A stretch of 63,720 nucleotides of DNA, the filler included, from Octopus bimaculoides (lineage: Eukaryota): the NCBI RefSeq assembly GCF_001194135.2. It is 4 parts of 4 records of this genome, joined end to end, with 100 filler letters (N's around TTAATTAATTAA, not from the genome) between each part and the next. Parts side by side here need not be neighbours in the genome. Positions count along the whole stretch, not along the records: positions 40,999 to 59,669 come from NC_068990.1; positions 59,770 to 63,720 come from NC_069000.1; 2 more parts are not named here. One strand, 5' to 3'. Made by a program: the position numbers and the translations under genes. The notes under the pieces are model-generated. The model was not told the DNA's origin. It searched no databases and saw nothing but the letters and a program-made list of their open reading frames with translations. This document shows positions 51,096-63,720 of the stretch, one piece after another. Positions within the stretch are counted from its first letter, which is position 1; each line of letters begins with the position of its first letter.

Positions 51096-54000
51096 AACAA
51101 CAAACAAGATGAGGACAAATATCCGTCAAATGTAAATAATGTATTACCCATTATATTCTCTACTGAAAGGAATCATTTAATGCCAATTTTACTTAGCCAT
51201 TTTGATACCAACCCACATAAAACTTGTCCTGGTCCTATGATATAAAATTCTTGTTTTAAAGTGACCTAAATAAGTTTCCACTAAAATTTCTTGTTAATTT
51301 ATGCTCTAAACACTAGTTTAACAATAAAGTTGTTTTACTAAATTCTTCATTACTTTCAGAACAAATTGAAACAAAGCCAATGTCTTTTGAGAGAGAAATG
51401 GTAAGGAAAGGATTAGAAATACTAAACTTGACTTGTTTGCAATGATCTGGTTCAGTTAAGAAACTAATCAACTATTTTCAGCTTTTGTTAAACAAGATAA
51501 TTAGCCACTTTCTAGATTATTAAAAAACTTTTCACCATTTTAAGAAACTAATTAAACACCTGTAGATTATTTGACAAAAGAAAAAAAGAAAAACTCCACT
51601 AAAACTATATAAAATCAATGACAATAGATACTTTTAGAATATTTCAAGGTTTCTGAAGGAATTACCAAGTTTTATTAGAAACAAGAATGAGATAAAGGAA
51701 GAGAAAAATTATAAAAAATGGTAAATATAAGAGAAAATAATCACAGTGACTCGTGTTAACTAATTTATCTACCAATCATCATCATCATTGTTTTAATGTC
51801 TTTATCAGTTTTGCTAGCGTTTGGTTAAAATGTTGCAAAGTCATTTATTTTTAGTATTTTCGTAAATTCTTTGTAATTTACAAAGTGTCAAGCACCGGTG
51901 CTGGTGCCACATAGAAAAAAGCACCCAGTGTACTCTATGGAGTGGTTGGCATTTGGAAGGGCATCCAGCTGCAGCAACCATGCTAAAACAGACAGCTGGA
52001 GCCTGGTGTAGCCCTCTGGTTTGCCAGCTCCTGTCAAGGCATCCAACCCATGCCAGCAAAGAAAACGGACGTTAGATGATGATGATGATGATCATCATCA
52101 TCATCGTTTAACGTCCGCTTTCCATGCTAGCATGGGTTGGACGATTTGACTGAGGACTGGTGAAACCGGATGGCAACACCAGGCTCCAGTCCGATTTGGC
52201 AGAGTTTCTACAGCTGGATGCCCTTCCTAACGCCAACCACTCAGAGAGTGTAGTGGGTGCTTTTACGTGTCACCCGCACGAAAACGGCCACGCTCGAAAT
52301 GGTGTCTTTTATGTGCCACCCGCACAAGCCAGTCCAGGGGCACTGGCAACGATCTCGCTCGAAAATCCTACAGGAGCCAGTCAGGCGGTACTGGCAACGG
52401 CCACGCTCAAAATGGTGCATCTCATGTGCCACCCGCACAAGAACCAGTCCAGGGGCACTGGCAACGATCTTACTTGGCTTGCCGGGTCTTCTCACGCACA
52501 GCCCATTTCCAAAGGTCTCGGTCCGTAGTCATCGCCTCGGTATGTTTCTGAGCATTTCATTTTGCATTCTTCCTGTAAATGAGCATCCCTGTGACAGACT
52601 GGTGTCCCTTTCAAGGGGAATCTTGTGACCTTGCTCACTTGTTTGGAAACCAAGTAACTCATTTGCCATGGAAACCAAGTAACTCACCATATGAGTTTTA
52701 CGACTCAAGAAAATTCTTACATTTTATTTTTTTTTTACATAAAGCACCTGAGGATTTGTTTACCATTGTTCTGCTATTCCTTTACATGAGGAACTATAAT
52801 TATAATTTGTAGCAAGGCAGCAAGCTGGCAGAATCATTAGCACACCGGGCGAAATGCTTAGCAGTGTTTCGTCTGGCTTTACGTTCTGAGTTCAAATTCC
52901 GCCTAAGTTGACTTTGCCTTTCATCCTTTCGGGGTCAATAAATTAAGTACCATTTGCATACTGAGGTTGATTTAATTGACCAGCCCCCTCTGAAAATATT
53001 TTGTGCCTAGACTAGAAAAGAATTATAATTTATAGAATCATTAGTGTTCAGGACAAAATGCTTTATGTCCTGAGTTCAAATTCCACCGAAGTCAACTTTG
53101 CCTTTCATCCTCTTGGAGTCGATAAATGAAGAACCAGTTGAGCCCTGGGCTTGATGCAACTGACTCCCCCCGAAATTGCTGGCCTTGTGTCAAAATCTGA
53201 AACCTATATTTATGACTATTATTATGATTTAAAGGCAGCAAGCTGGTAGAATCATTAGCATGCTGGAGAAAAGGCCTATCGGCATTTCATTCATTCTAAG
53301 TTCAAATTCTGCTGAGGTGGACTTTACCTTCCATTTTTTTTGGTGGGGGTTGATAAAATAAATACCAGTTGAGCACTGGGGGTTGATGTAATCGGCTTAC
53401 CCCCTCCTCCAAATTGCTGGCCTTGTGCCAAAATTTGAAACCAATATTCATTAGTTATTACTAAACAGCATCTTGCTGCAGCCCTACAATAAAATGCATT
53501 CGAGCTATGAACCCAGGAAGTGTTTTCGGCAGATTTTCTTCAGCTGGATACCCTTCATGGCTGGGCACGTTTTCATGGAAGATTGCAAATGAGTGACATC
53601 ATTTATATAGCAGTGATGCTCGTTATAACTTCCATACATTATCAAAACAAAGGGATACAAATACACATGGACACACACACAATGGCTTCTTCCGGTTTGT
53701 CTTCCAAGTCTACTGATTTTGCTCGGCCTTGGGCGATAATTGAAGACACTTGTCTAATGTGCTCTGCAGTGGGACAACTCAAAACTACGTGGTTGGGAGG
53801 TAAACTTCTGAAACACACATAACCATACTTGTGCCTAGGCTCTATTCAGTCATTCACCTCTCTCGTAAAAACACTCACACACATCACATGATCATGTAAT
53901 TGACCAGACTATCGGATGTTGTTATGCATCACTAGTCACAATGCACTTTGCATCGTTTTAGCTTCCAAATGATGCCAACCCTCTGGCCAAGCGAGCAGGC

Positions 54001-54285
54001 CAACACCCCCTCCCCACTCCTGATCGGAAGGTTAGTCTGTCGCAAGGTGACCTGTCTACAGCTGAGTGGACTGGAGTAACATGAAATGAAATGTTTTGCT
54101 CAAGAAAATAATGCATTGCCTGGTCCAAGAATTGAACCCATGATCTAGCTGTTATGAGTGCAGCACTATCTATCTATTTGTCTGTCTGTCTGTCTATTCA
54201 TCTATCTATATTTCTCTATCTATCTATCTATCTATACCTAAACTGTCCTCCCCTCTTTTACACGAGAACATTACTGTGTGATACA

Positions 54286-54379
54286 CGATCCCTATTGATC
54301 GGCCTTTCCTTTTTTTTTTTTTTCCGATCCCTTTTGATCGAACTCCCCCTTTTTCCCTTCCTACGATCCCTTTTGATCG
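54286..54379. repeat. Three palindromic 16-mers CGATCCCTWTTGATCG at an exact 39-bp period
   Basis: Copies start at 54286, 54325 and 54364; the 23-nt pyrimidine-rich spacers differ from each other. Confidence 0.85.
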
Positions 54380-54486
54380 ACACCACCACTTTTTTTTTTT
54401 TCCTTCCTTCCCCCTCCCAAAAAGAAAAGCTCTACATTGTATTTGTCCCATCTTCGTTGAGCCCTGTGTGGCTAATAAAAGAAATG

Positions 54487-54525
<39 letters not shown>

Positions 54526-55928
54526 TCATCTAGCTATCTGTCTGTCTAAACATACATACATACATACATACAATAGGCTTCTTTCAGTTTCCGTCTTAAC
54601 CAAATTCACTCACAAGGCTTTGTTTGGCTCAGGGCTATAGTAGAAGACACTTGCCTAATGTGCCATGCAGTGGGAGACTGAACCGAGAACCATGCAGTTA
54701 GGAAGCAAACTTCTTACCACGCAGTCATTCCTGCGCCCCCCCCCACACACTTATTAAGAATTATTGAGTGAAATATCTTGGACTCGGTTCTTCTCACAGC
54801 ACCAATACCAGGGACAGGTTGTTGACCTCTTGGCTAACAGCTCTGCATCTCATTAACTTAGCTTACATCACCGACAACAACGCCAGAACATTCTTTAAAT
54901 AGGTTCTCTAAAACCATAACTCCCTTCACCAGAATGAAACTGCTGCAGGGCTTTTTTTTCTTTTCTTTTTACCAGTGAAAACATATGGCACAAAGATTAA
55001 AAGCAGAAATATGCCATTCTTCAGTTGCCAAATCAGATGGTATTTAATTAATTACTCTGTGATGAAGTTATTAATAATGTGTTGACTGCAGATTAGCGCC
55101 ATAAATATCTTGAAATTCTAGAAGCAGATTAAATATATTGTGAAGAATTGAAAGAAAAGAAGAAGTTAATGGAATGAATAGATATCTTCTGGAGAAAAGA
55201 AGAGAGAAATGGAAATGGAGCGATTAAATAAGAAAAAAAGAGAGAGGAAAAATTTATAGATGTGACTCAAGGGCCTTGAATAGAGTTTCATACCAGGGTA
55301 CTTGAATCAATTAGAGCTGAGAAAGATAGAAGTGTGTGTGTGTGTGTGTGTGCAATGATACCTAAATACATACATACGTACTTATATGCATATGCACATG
55401 TGTACATATACACACATAAACACTCGCATATATACACGCATATACACAAATATATATGTATATATTAATGCTCGTTTTTATGTTATGATGCAAAAGAGTT
55501 TTACATTAAACTCAAGGAGTGCTCAATAATTTTTGTAGAACACAAATTTATAATTCTTAAGCAAGAATATTATTGACAGTGACGTCGAAGTTTCTGGCAG
55601 CTAAGCCATCATTGGACAGTCTGATGATGGTTTAGCTGGTCAAAACTTTGAAATCACTATGATGATATATATATATATATATATATATATATCCTTTTAC
55701 TTGTTTCACTCATTGGAGTATGGTCATGCTGGAGCACTGACTTGAAATCTTCAGGCAAACAAACTGACTCCAATACTTACTTACTAGTGCTCATTCTATC
55801 AATTCTTCTGCTGAATTGCTAAGTTGTGAGGACAAAAACAAACAAACGCCAATGTAAGGGATGAACACACACACACTCAGACCTATATATATATATATGT
55901 TTGTATGTACAATACAAATCTGTGTGTG

Positions 55929-55964
<36 letters not shown>

Positions 55965-56377
55965 TATGCACACATATGTATATATAAATATACTCAAACA
56001 CATATATACATATATATATATATACATATGCACACACACATACACTCCTATATCTAAGTTGACATCACCAGCTGAGTTTGTGATGTGTGTCACTGTCAGA
56101 AAGCCTTAATTAACTTATTTCAACATTTTCATAAACTTACTTAAGGTTATGTCAATCTGTCTTCTTCCTAAATCTCGTGTACCCCCCCGCCCCCAGCAAC
56201 CACTCCCACCACTCCCACCACTNNNNNNNNNNNNNNNNNNNNNNNNNNNNNNNNNNNNNNNNNNNNNNNNNNNNNNNNNNNNNNNNNNNNNNNNNNNNNN
56301 NNNNNNNNNNNNNCATATCAGCTGTGAGTCTTTATAAAGCTTAAAATAGAGTATATGCGTGTGTATGCATATATATA

Positions 56378-56786
56378 CTCTTTTGCTCTTTTACTTGTTT
56401 CAGTCATTTGACTGTGGCCATGCTGGAGCACCGCCTTTAGTCGAGCAAATCGACCCCAGGACTTATTCTTTGTAAGCCTGATACTTATTCTACTGGTCTC
56501 TTTTGCCGAACCGCTAAATTACGGGGACGTAAGCATACCACCATCGGTTGTCAAGCGATGTTGGGGGGACAAACACAGACACACAAACATATACACACAC
56601 ATACATATATATGCACATATACGACGGGCTTCTTTCAGTTTCTGTCTACCAAATCCACTCACAAGGCTTTGGTCGGCCCGAGGCTATAGTAGAAGACACT
56701 TGCCCAAGGTGCCATGCAGTGGAACTGAACCCGGAACCATGTGGTTGGGAAGCAAGCTTCTTACCACACAGTTATGCCTGTGCCTA
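56378..56786 (-). mobile_element. Full-length tRNA-headed SINE, family A (CORE-like); about 20 copies in the window, e.g. 3858-4259(-), 8770-9122(-), 11230-11420(+), 11660-11912(-), 18060-18230(+), 31745-32025(+), 62065-62760(-)
   Basis: Shared head GGCTGTGTGGTAAG...GGTTCAGTCCCACTGCGTGGCACCTTGGGCAAGTG (A/B boxes, CORE-like TTGGGCAAG), internal (TA)/(TG) tract and ACAAGTAAAAG tail. Resembles the octopus CORE-SINEs as I recall them. Confidence 0.85.
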
Positions 56787-56894
56787 AATATAATCTTGGT
56801 AATATATTAGGGTTGCTAAACGAAACCCTGTGCTTTTACCAGCAATTAATATGTGTGAATATAGAATGTGAAGTTGTGTGACTTAGTGGTACCA

Positions 56895-57477
56895 TGCTAT
56901 TTGTTCTTTTCAGCTATCTGATACTTTCCTGATTACACTGGCCGTGCCAAGGAGGCAAACCTTTTCTAACAATTCTACTGGGCACTCTATTCCACTTTCC
57001 TTTATATTCCTCTTGATGCCTTCTGATATTATTCCCAAGGACCCAACAATAATTGGCACTATCTTCACCTTCTTCATTTTCCATAGCCAAGCTATTTCGT
57101 ACTTAAAAGGGTTGTATTTATCTATCTTTTCGCCTTCCTTCTTGACTATTCGTGGGTCAAAGAAGCACACAACATCAACTATATACCATATGTGGTGCAC
57201 ATTGTCGACCACCACTAGGTCCTGTCTGTTATGCTCTGGCACCTGATCTGTTTGGATTGGGAAATCCTAGAGGATTTTGCTAGTCTCTGTGGTTTGTGCT
57301 CATGCCATGTCTTGCCTCTCTCTAGCCCCCACTTTTCGCACAGTTTCCAATGTAGCACTTTCACTAACTGATTGTGTCACCACCGCTTGTAGTGATTTCG
57401 GGTAAGTCTGGGGCATTCGTTCGTGATATGGACAATGGTTTCATCTACTGTACTGCTGATGCGGCACAACGGAGACA

Positions 57478-57480
<3 letters not shown>
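56895..57480 (-). mobile_element. 3' end of an RLE-type (R4/NeSL-like) non-LTR retrotransposon
   Basis: CCHC remnant PLCRI...ETIVHITNEC..L...YKRW, then the PD-(D/E)xK-like HNRQDLVVVD...IVDV..FDPRIVKKEGEKIDKY and IVPIIVGSLG...KVCLLGTA. Confidence 0.8.
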
Positions 57481-57522
<42 letters not shown>

Positions 57523-58589
57523 GGCAGTAAGCTGGCAGAATCATCATGAGCGATATGCTTAGTGGTATTTTGCTCATTTTTACGTTCTGAGTTCAAATTC
57601 CACCGAGGTTGACTTTGCTTTTCATTCTTTTAGGGTCAATAAATTAAGAATTTAAGGATGAACAAAATGCCGCTAAGCATTTTGGACAATAATAATAATA
57701 ATATTAATAATAATAATAATGATGATGATGATTGTATGTGTGTGTGAGAAGATTTATAATCTGCTATTGTCTTAAAAAATTGGTGACATTGTTGACATTT
57801 GTCTGTCAAGAAATCATCCAGTAGCTTTGCCTTTTCGAATGCAAATGAAATGAAAATTGCCATCATTGAAGAAGAGGTAAGGGTTAGCAACAGGAAGAGC
57901 ATGCAGCTATAAAAATAAATCTCAATGCTTTCAATAATATGCATTGATGAATGGACATGAAATGAATAATCAAATGAAGATATGTATGCATGTGTGTGTA
58001 ACAACAACAACAACAACAATAACAACAACATTTAAAGGTGTCTAAACGTCAGTGATGAGTTGCTTTTAATAAAATTATAATTTTCAGACTTAACCTTGTC
58101 TTCAGAGATCAAAACAAGACACACATACATACACANNNNNNNNNNTATATATACACTGTGTGTGTGTGAGTGTAAATCTCTTTCATCTTTAAAGTTGAGG
58201 TTAATAGTCTCAAGATTATAATCTTATAAACAACTTTTTTTTCTCTCTTTATATCAACTGACATAGAACGAGTTAAGCCTGGGAGAGGAAAATATATTTC
58301 TTTTTCAACTTATTTTACAGTTTAACCACAGGTCAAACCTCAGTGATCAGGCATGATGAAAAGGTTTCTCAAACACGAGCATCCTGTTATCACTCATCGT
58401 CATCACCATCATCATCATTATTATTATTATGATGATGATGATGATGATGATGGCAGTCAACTGGCAGCATGGTTAGCATGCCAGAGAAAATGCTTGGAGG
58501 CATCACATCTGTCTCAAATTCCTCCAAGATTGACTTTGCCTTTCATCCTTTTGGGGGTTGATAAATTAAGTACCAGTTGCTTGCGAAGA

Positions 58590-59045
58590 TCTATTGAGGC
58601 AAGTGAAATCAAAATCGCTGACATGGGCGATGACAGTAAAGACCGATTGGCACTTGTGCCAGTGGAATGTTAAAAGCACATCTGAGCGTGATCATTGCCA
58701 GGGCCATGGATTGGCTTCCATGCTGGTGGCACGTAAAAAGCACCATTCGCGTATGGTCATTGCCAGTGCCGCCAGACTAGCTCTTGTGCAGGTAGCATGT
58801 AAATAACACCTTTTGAGCGTGGCTGTTGCCAGAACCACCTGACTGGGCCTTATGTTGGTGGCACGTAAAAGCACCCACTACACTCTCAGAGTGGTTGGTG
58901 TTAGGAAGGGCATCCAGCTGTCGAAAAATGGCCAGATCGGATTGGAGCCTGGTGCAGCCTTCTGACTTGACAGTCTTCAGTCAAACTGTCCAACCCATGC
59001 TAGCATGGAAAGCGGACGTTAAACAGCAACGACGACGATGATGAT
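58590..59045 (+). mobile_element. SINE family C ((GAT)n tail; GTGGTTGGCGTTAGGAAGGGCATCCAGCTG core); about 12 copies, e.g. 12225-12480(+), 15160-15360(+), 17705-17900(-), 41035-41380(+), 52090-52545(-)
   Basis: Repeated near-identical core and CCCATGCTAGCATGGAAAGCGGACGTTAAA(CGAT)GATGAT 3' end. Confidence 0.8.
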
Positions 59046-60086
59046 GATAATAAAAATGATAATAAAAAGAAGAAAAACCAAAAACATCCATCAAAATTAA
59101 AAGCAAACTATATTTTCCCAGTGGTTTCTCGTTCATTAGTCAGTATATATATAGGTGTGTATATAACTGTATATAGACATATATATAGATATGTTTCCAG
59201 TAATTTCACGCTTTGCTGACTGATTATTTATGTTGATGCTTGACAAAGAGTAAAACAATGAATAAGTTGGAGTGTTAATAAGGCCTTTAACTCGGAGGTG
59301 GCCCGGATGAAGCATGCTGGGAAGGATATAGACCCTCCCTCCCTCCATCACACACACCACACACCTCGCTGGAAACTTGTTGGATGTGGTGAAGTGTCTC
59401 TCTTGCTCTGTGTGTGTGAGAGAGAGAGAGAGAGAGACTATGGCTGTATGTGAGTGTGTTTGTTACTGCAGTAGTCTGTGTGTGTGTGTGTGTCTGTATG
59501 AGTGTAAGTGACAATGTGTGAATATGTGAGTGTGTATGTGACTGTGTGAGAGAGTGTGTGTATGTGTGTTACTGTGAATGTATGTGACTGCGTGTATATG
59601 TTATTGTTAGTGTATGTGATTCTGTTACTCTTACTGTGTGTGAGAGAGAGAGAGAGAGAGACTATGGCTNNNNNNNNNNNNNNNNNNNNNNNNNNNNNNN
59701 NNNNNNNNNNNNNTTAATTAATTAANNNNNNNNNNNNNNNNNNNNNNNNNNNNNNNNNNNNNNNNNNNNCAATGTGGTGCATAAATTGTCAAGTAAATGA
59801 GACGCATCTTTACCTCCACTGATTCACTTGCAAAGTGTTGAGCAAAATTATTTCGTTGCAGACCTCCTTTGAGTCTTTTTATTATCACTGCGACACACAT
59901 AGTCCCCAGTTGGTAACATTGATTTCAAGGCCTTCCTAGATGAGAGACTGGCATTCCACTTAATGTCTATGTTCCATGCTGGCATGGATTGGAGAGTTAT
60001 TAATGTAGAAATATGGTATCGTAGCTACTAACAGTTGAGGGTTGCGTAGTCTAGACGGCGTTTTTAGATTTCATTATTCTCTTTAA

Positions 60087-60114
60087 CCCGGGCAAAGCCG
60101 GGTATTTCTGCTGG
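60087..60114 (+). mobile_element. Possible Helitron-type 3' terminus
   Basis: GC-rich hairpin CCCGG-GCAAAG-CCGGG, then 8 nt, then CTGG (CTRR) followed by T. Confidence 0.35.
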
Positions 60115-60119
60115 TATTA

Positions 60120-63100
60120 CATAAATTGAAGGTTTAATTTCGGGTTGCAAATTTTTACCTCGTAATTAACCTCGTTATTTTATGGTTGGTGGAATTTAAA
60201 GGATTTAAGATTCGTGTGAATACATTTCCTTTTTCTCATCCGTTATACCTCGAGAGCTTCTAGTTTACATAATCTGCGAACCTACCCGTTTTCTTGATAG
60301 GGTGGAACAGTACCTACGATATTTCATTCTAGTTTATATGGCATTTTATTTAATTTTAATGACCAGAAATATTTTGCATTATTATTATCTTTTGTTTTCG
60401 ATGGTATGTTTATGTGCAGTAAATGTTTTGAAGTTTGTAGTCGAGCGTGTTCAGTACCTAAATATACCATCAGCAAAGACATTATTTTTACATATAACGT
60501 TATGAATCAAACAATAATCGTTAAGTGAACAATTGGTGGATATTTTACAAATGCAGTATAGTGGAAAGCTAACATGTAGTTGCTAGGGAAAAGTTAGCTG
60601 TTTTCTCTTACTGCATTTATTGTATGGCCAGTTGTTATAGAAGGCAAGGTGTTAATAGTTTTGGCAGTATTATTAGAATTACTCTCACTTTCACTAGTTT
60701 TATCATTGTTGTTACTTGTTCTAATAGTTAGAATCATTTTCGGTCAAAGGAAATGGACTTATTATATTCGCATTTAGGATAGTATTGTAACTGTTATTTC
60801 TCTTATTATTTTTGCATTTATTCTGAAAAAGGTTTGTGACATCCTGTTTCAACTTGGGTTTAGTCACTCATATACTTGTAGCATTATTAGAAAGAAGGAA
60901 GGAGTTTGTTCTTGTATTTTTATTCTTATGTTTATATTTACATTGTTTATAATATCTCCTTTATCTTTATCAGGACAACTAGTATCCAATTGATTTATAC
61001 TATTTTGGTTTGGTATTATATCAGGGTGTTAATTACTATGAGTTAAGCTATTATATAGTAATTTATATTTTCAGCTAAGTTGGGGATTGTTGATTAGTTA
61101 TCGATTATTATTATTATTCTGAAAGACTCTCGGGTAGTTCTTAATTCCCGGTTATTCTTTGCTTGAAAGTAGGCAATAACAAATCACCAAAGGTTTCAAG
61201 TATTGCTTTTGCCTGTAACGTAAAGAGACAATACTCTCCTTAGAATGCGATCTGTACACAACAATGCTGCCTTCTGGATCACCTCGAGCCTGACAGCAGC
61301 TCCAATATTCTTAATATGTTTTTCAAAGCCCTTGGAAACTGTTCCTCATGCTCCAGTTACTACCGGTATCACCATTACTTTTCTCATGCCCCATAACTTT
61401 CCTATCTCGTCCTGCAGTGGCTGGTATTTCTCAATCTTCCTATCTCATCACGCAGTGGCTGGTATTTCTCAATCTAATTATTATTATTATTATTTTAGAA
61501 TTTGAAGGAAGATCTAGCAATGTTAGAGTTGATATGTTTTGAGAAAGACATATTCACCCAAATAGTATTTCTTTTTCTACTTTTTCCTATTTCTAGCTCA
61601 ACTGTTGGTGACTCGTTGTTGGGTTCCTGGTGTCAGACTATCGTTAGATACTATTTTATTATATGTCTTGCTTATCGGTGTGTTAGTAATACTGTTCAAA
61701 GGGTTCCTTCCTAAAGAGTATAGGGATATCCATCTTTCATATGTTTTCAGTTGTGGTAAGAACGATAATTATTAACAATTTAGAAATGATCTTTGTTTCA
61801 TTCTAAGTTCCCTCCACACAAAACAAATTCATAAATCCCTACCCTCTCTCTCTCTAAGTATTTTTGGTTGTTATATCACTCAGTTTTGGTATTTCCTACG
61901 TATTCCCGTTTATTACTTCTGATTATGTTGGCAGCTGTAGTTTTCATACAACCAGTTATTCCATGTAGTAGTAATTATCAGACTCCATTTTCTGCTGGTT
62001 GTGAGATCTAGTATTAGTTGTCAGTCTAGTGCTTTTTTCTTCGAATATCTTTTATTTTTTAATATTTTTTACTTGTTTCAGTCATTAGATTGCGGCCATC
62101 CTGGGGCACCGCCTTGAAGAACTTTAAGTCAAATATGACTTCTTTTTCATTTTTAAGCCTGGTACTTATTCTATCGGACTCTTTTGCCGAACCGCAAAGT
62201 TATAGGGTCATAAACACACCAACTCAGGTCGTCAAGCGGTGGGGGCGGGGACAGACACAAACACACAGACATACACACGCATACACTTACACACACATAC
62301 ATACACGCACACACAGACACACACGCACGCACACACATATATATACACGAAAGGGTGCTGAAAAGTCCCTAACTTTAAGGATATTGCGAAAGGCCTGGTT
62401 GGAGGCCAACCTTCCGTGTTCATTTACAAGGCTTGCAAAAATTGAATTACTGCTGCAATAAGTGTGAATCTGACAGCGAAATATGTTGAATAAGTCATAA
62501 TCAACGGATCCTCTATTTTTCTTTTTTACCCAAAACCAGGAACTTTTCTGCACCCGTTCGTATGTATGTATGTATGTATGTATGTATGTATGTATGTATA
62601 CGGTGGGCATTTTTCAGCTTCCGTCTACCAAATCCACTTATAAGGCTTTGGCCAGCCCGAAGCTATAGTAGGAGACACTTGCCCAAGGTGCCATGCAGTG
62701 AGACTGAACTCGGAACCATGTGAACCATGGGAAGCAAGCTTCTTACCACACAGCCATTGATTTACTTTTCTTAAGGCGGCGAGCTGGCAGAGTTGTTCCC
62801 ACGCTGGGCGAAATACTTAGCGGTATTTCGTCTGCTACGTTCTGAGTTCAAATTCCGCCGGGGTCGACTTTGCCTTTTATCCTTTCGAATCTACCAGTTG
62901 AATACTGGGGTTGATGTAATCGACTTAACCCCTTCCCTAAGCAGTTACCCTTGAGGAAAAATTTGAAACCATTAATTAACTTTTCTTTATTACTTTGTAC
63001 GCGTAATGGATAGGACCATCTGGAGTGTCATATTTATAATGTGTTCGTGAAACTTTTGCTATATGTACTACGTCTCCATGTTTATAGTTAGATATACAAA

Positions 63101-63600
63101 ATATTTTCCCTTGAAACCCACTGTCACAGCATTTTGTTATAATAATCGGCATTATCATTAAAAGTTTTTTCTTTGGCAGATAGATTGAAAATCTTAATAG
63201 ATATATTCCTAATAAAATTATTAATAATTAATGTAGGGTGATTGGAATGTCTGTGTATGTATTGTAGATTTTCGTTAGTTTTATAGTTCGGGTAATGCAA
63301 ACTAACTCTCCTGGTAGTGCTATAAAAAAAGTAATTGAAAAATCCAAGAGTTTAGGCAATTCTTCACGGAACCTTACCCGTTTTGAGTATAGACGTATGT
63401 GTAGTGTTGTTTCTACCCATTAAGATAAACTCAATACTGACAAAAGTACTTTCTTAACTGTGATAAAGAACGATTCTCTGCCTTTACCACTTTAGTACTT
63501 AAATAAATTCTTTGACCCATCTTAACACAGTTGTTATGTTTGTTGTCACTATAACACTGTCCGTAGCCCATTATGTAACTTAAAAGTTATTTAGGTTTAA
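60120..63600 (-). mobile_element. Long, heavily decayed Penelope-like element interrupted by SINEs and an RLE-LINE end
   Basis: Minus-strand motifs in the expected order: LQYIHRHSNHPTLII...FNDNADYYNKML (~63250-63125), RKRNTIWVNMSFSKHINSNIAR (~61590-61515), KYFWSLKLNKMPYKLE*NIVGTVPPY...RLCKLE (~60350-60255). Confidence 0.75.
61215..61490 (-). mobile_element. RLE-LINE 3' fragment inserted in the Penelope-like element
   Basis: EKYQPLQDEIGKLWGMRKVMVIPVVTGA...IQKAALLCTDRILRRVL on the minus strand. Confidence 0.7.
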
Positions 63601-63687
63601 TATGCAATCTTTGATGATTTGATCATGTAATAGGTTTATACGGTATGCACACACACACACACACGCACACGCACGCACGCATGCACG

Positions 63688-63720
<33 letters not shown>

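Noticed and set aside
51358-51413. Exon-like ctttcag...GTAAGG segment
   Set aside because: It lies inside a dispersed AT-rich MITE-like repeat also seen near 10700 and 18020, and the peptide is not HAUS3-like.
54286-54379. CRISPR array call
   Set aside because: Only three 16-bp repeats, low-complexity spacers, animal genome and no cas genes. Kept as an unexplained repeat instead.

Overview
AT-rich, microsatellite-dense animal DNA with many N gaps. The SINE, LINE and microsatellite repertoire looks like an octopus or other coleoid cephalopod genome (inference, not proven). One host gene is well supported: HAUS3 (augmin subunit 3), + strand. Seven coding exons (9306-17657) splice in frame with GT-AG ends and give 349 aa. 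I could not find the exons for the C-terminal ~40% of the protein. Upstream is a CpG-rich, probably bidirectional promoter (~7330-7560). Most of the rest is transposon-derived: several tRNA-headed SINE families, a nested CR1/L2-like LINE + Tx1/L1 + mariner block (26-30 kb), RLE-type LINE 3' ends, an RTE fragment, two decayed Penelope-like (GIY-YIG) elements and several MITEs. The most interesting signals: (1) two unrelated repeat families that both fold as minimal type I hammerhead ribozymes, one with a family-wide non-canonical CUGUUGA core; (2) a 215-bp fold-back MITE with a 9-bp TSD and head-to-head (TTAGGG)n telomeric repeats in its arms; (3) a hAT insertion whose 8-bp TSD also encloses an inverted copy of flanking DNA; (4) a 3x array of a palindromic 16-mer at an exact 39-bp period; (5) an orphan C2H2 zinc-finger frame missed by the ORF track. 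Most ORFs in the supplied track are microsatellite or N-gap artefacts. Protein-family calls rest on motifs recalled from memory, not on database searches.
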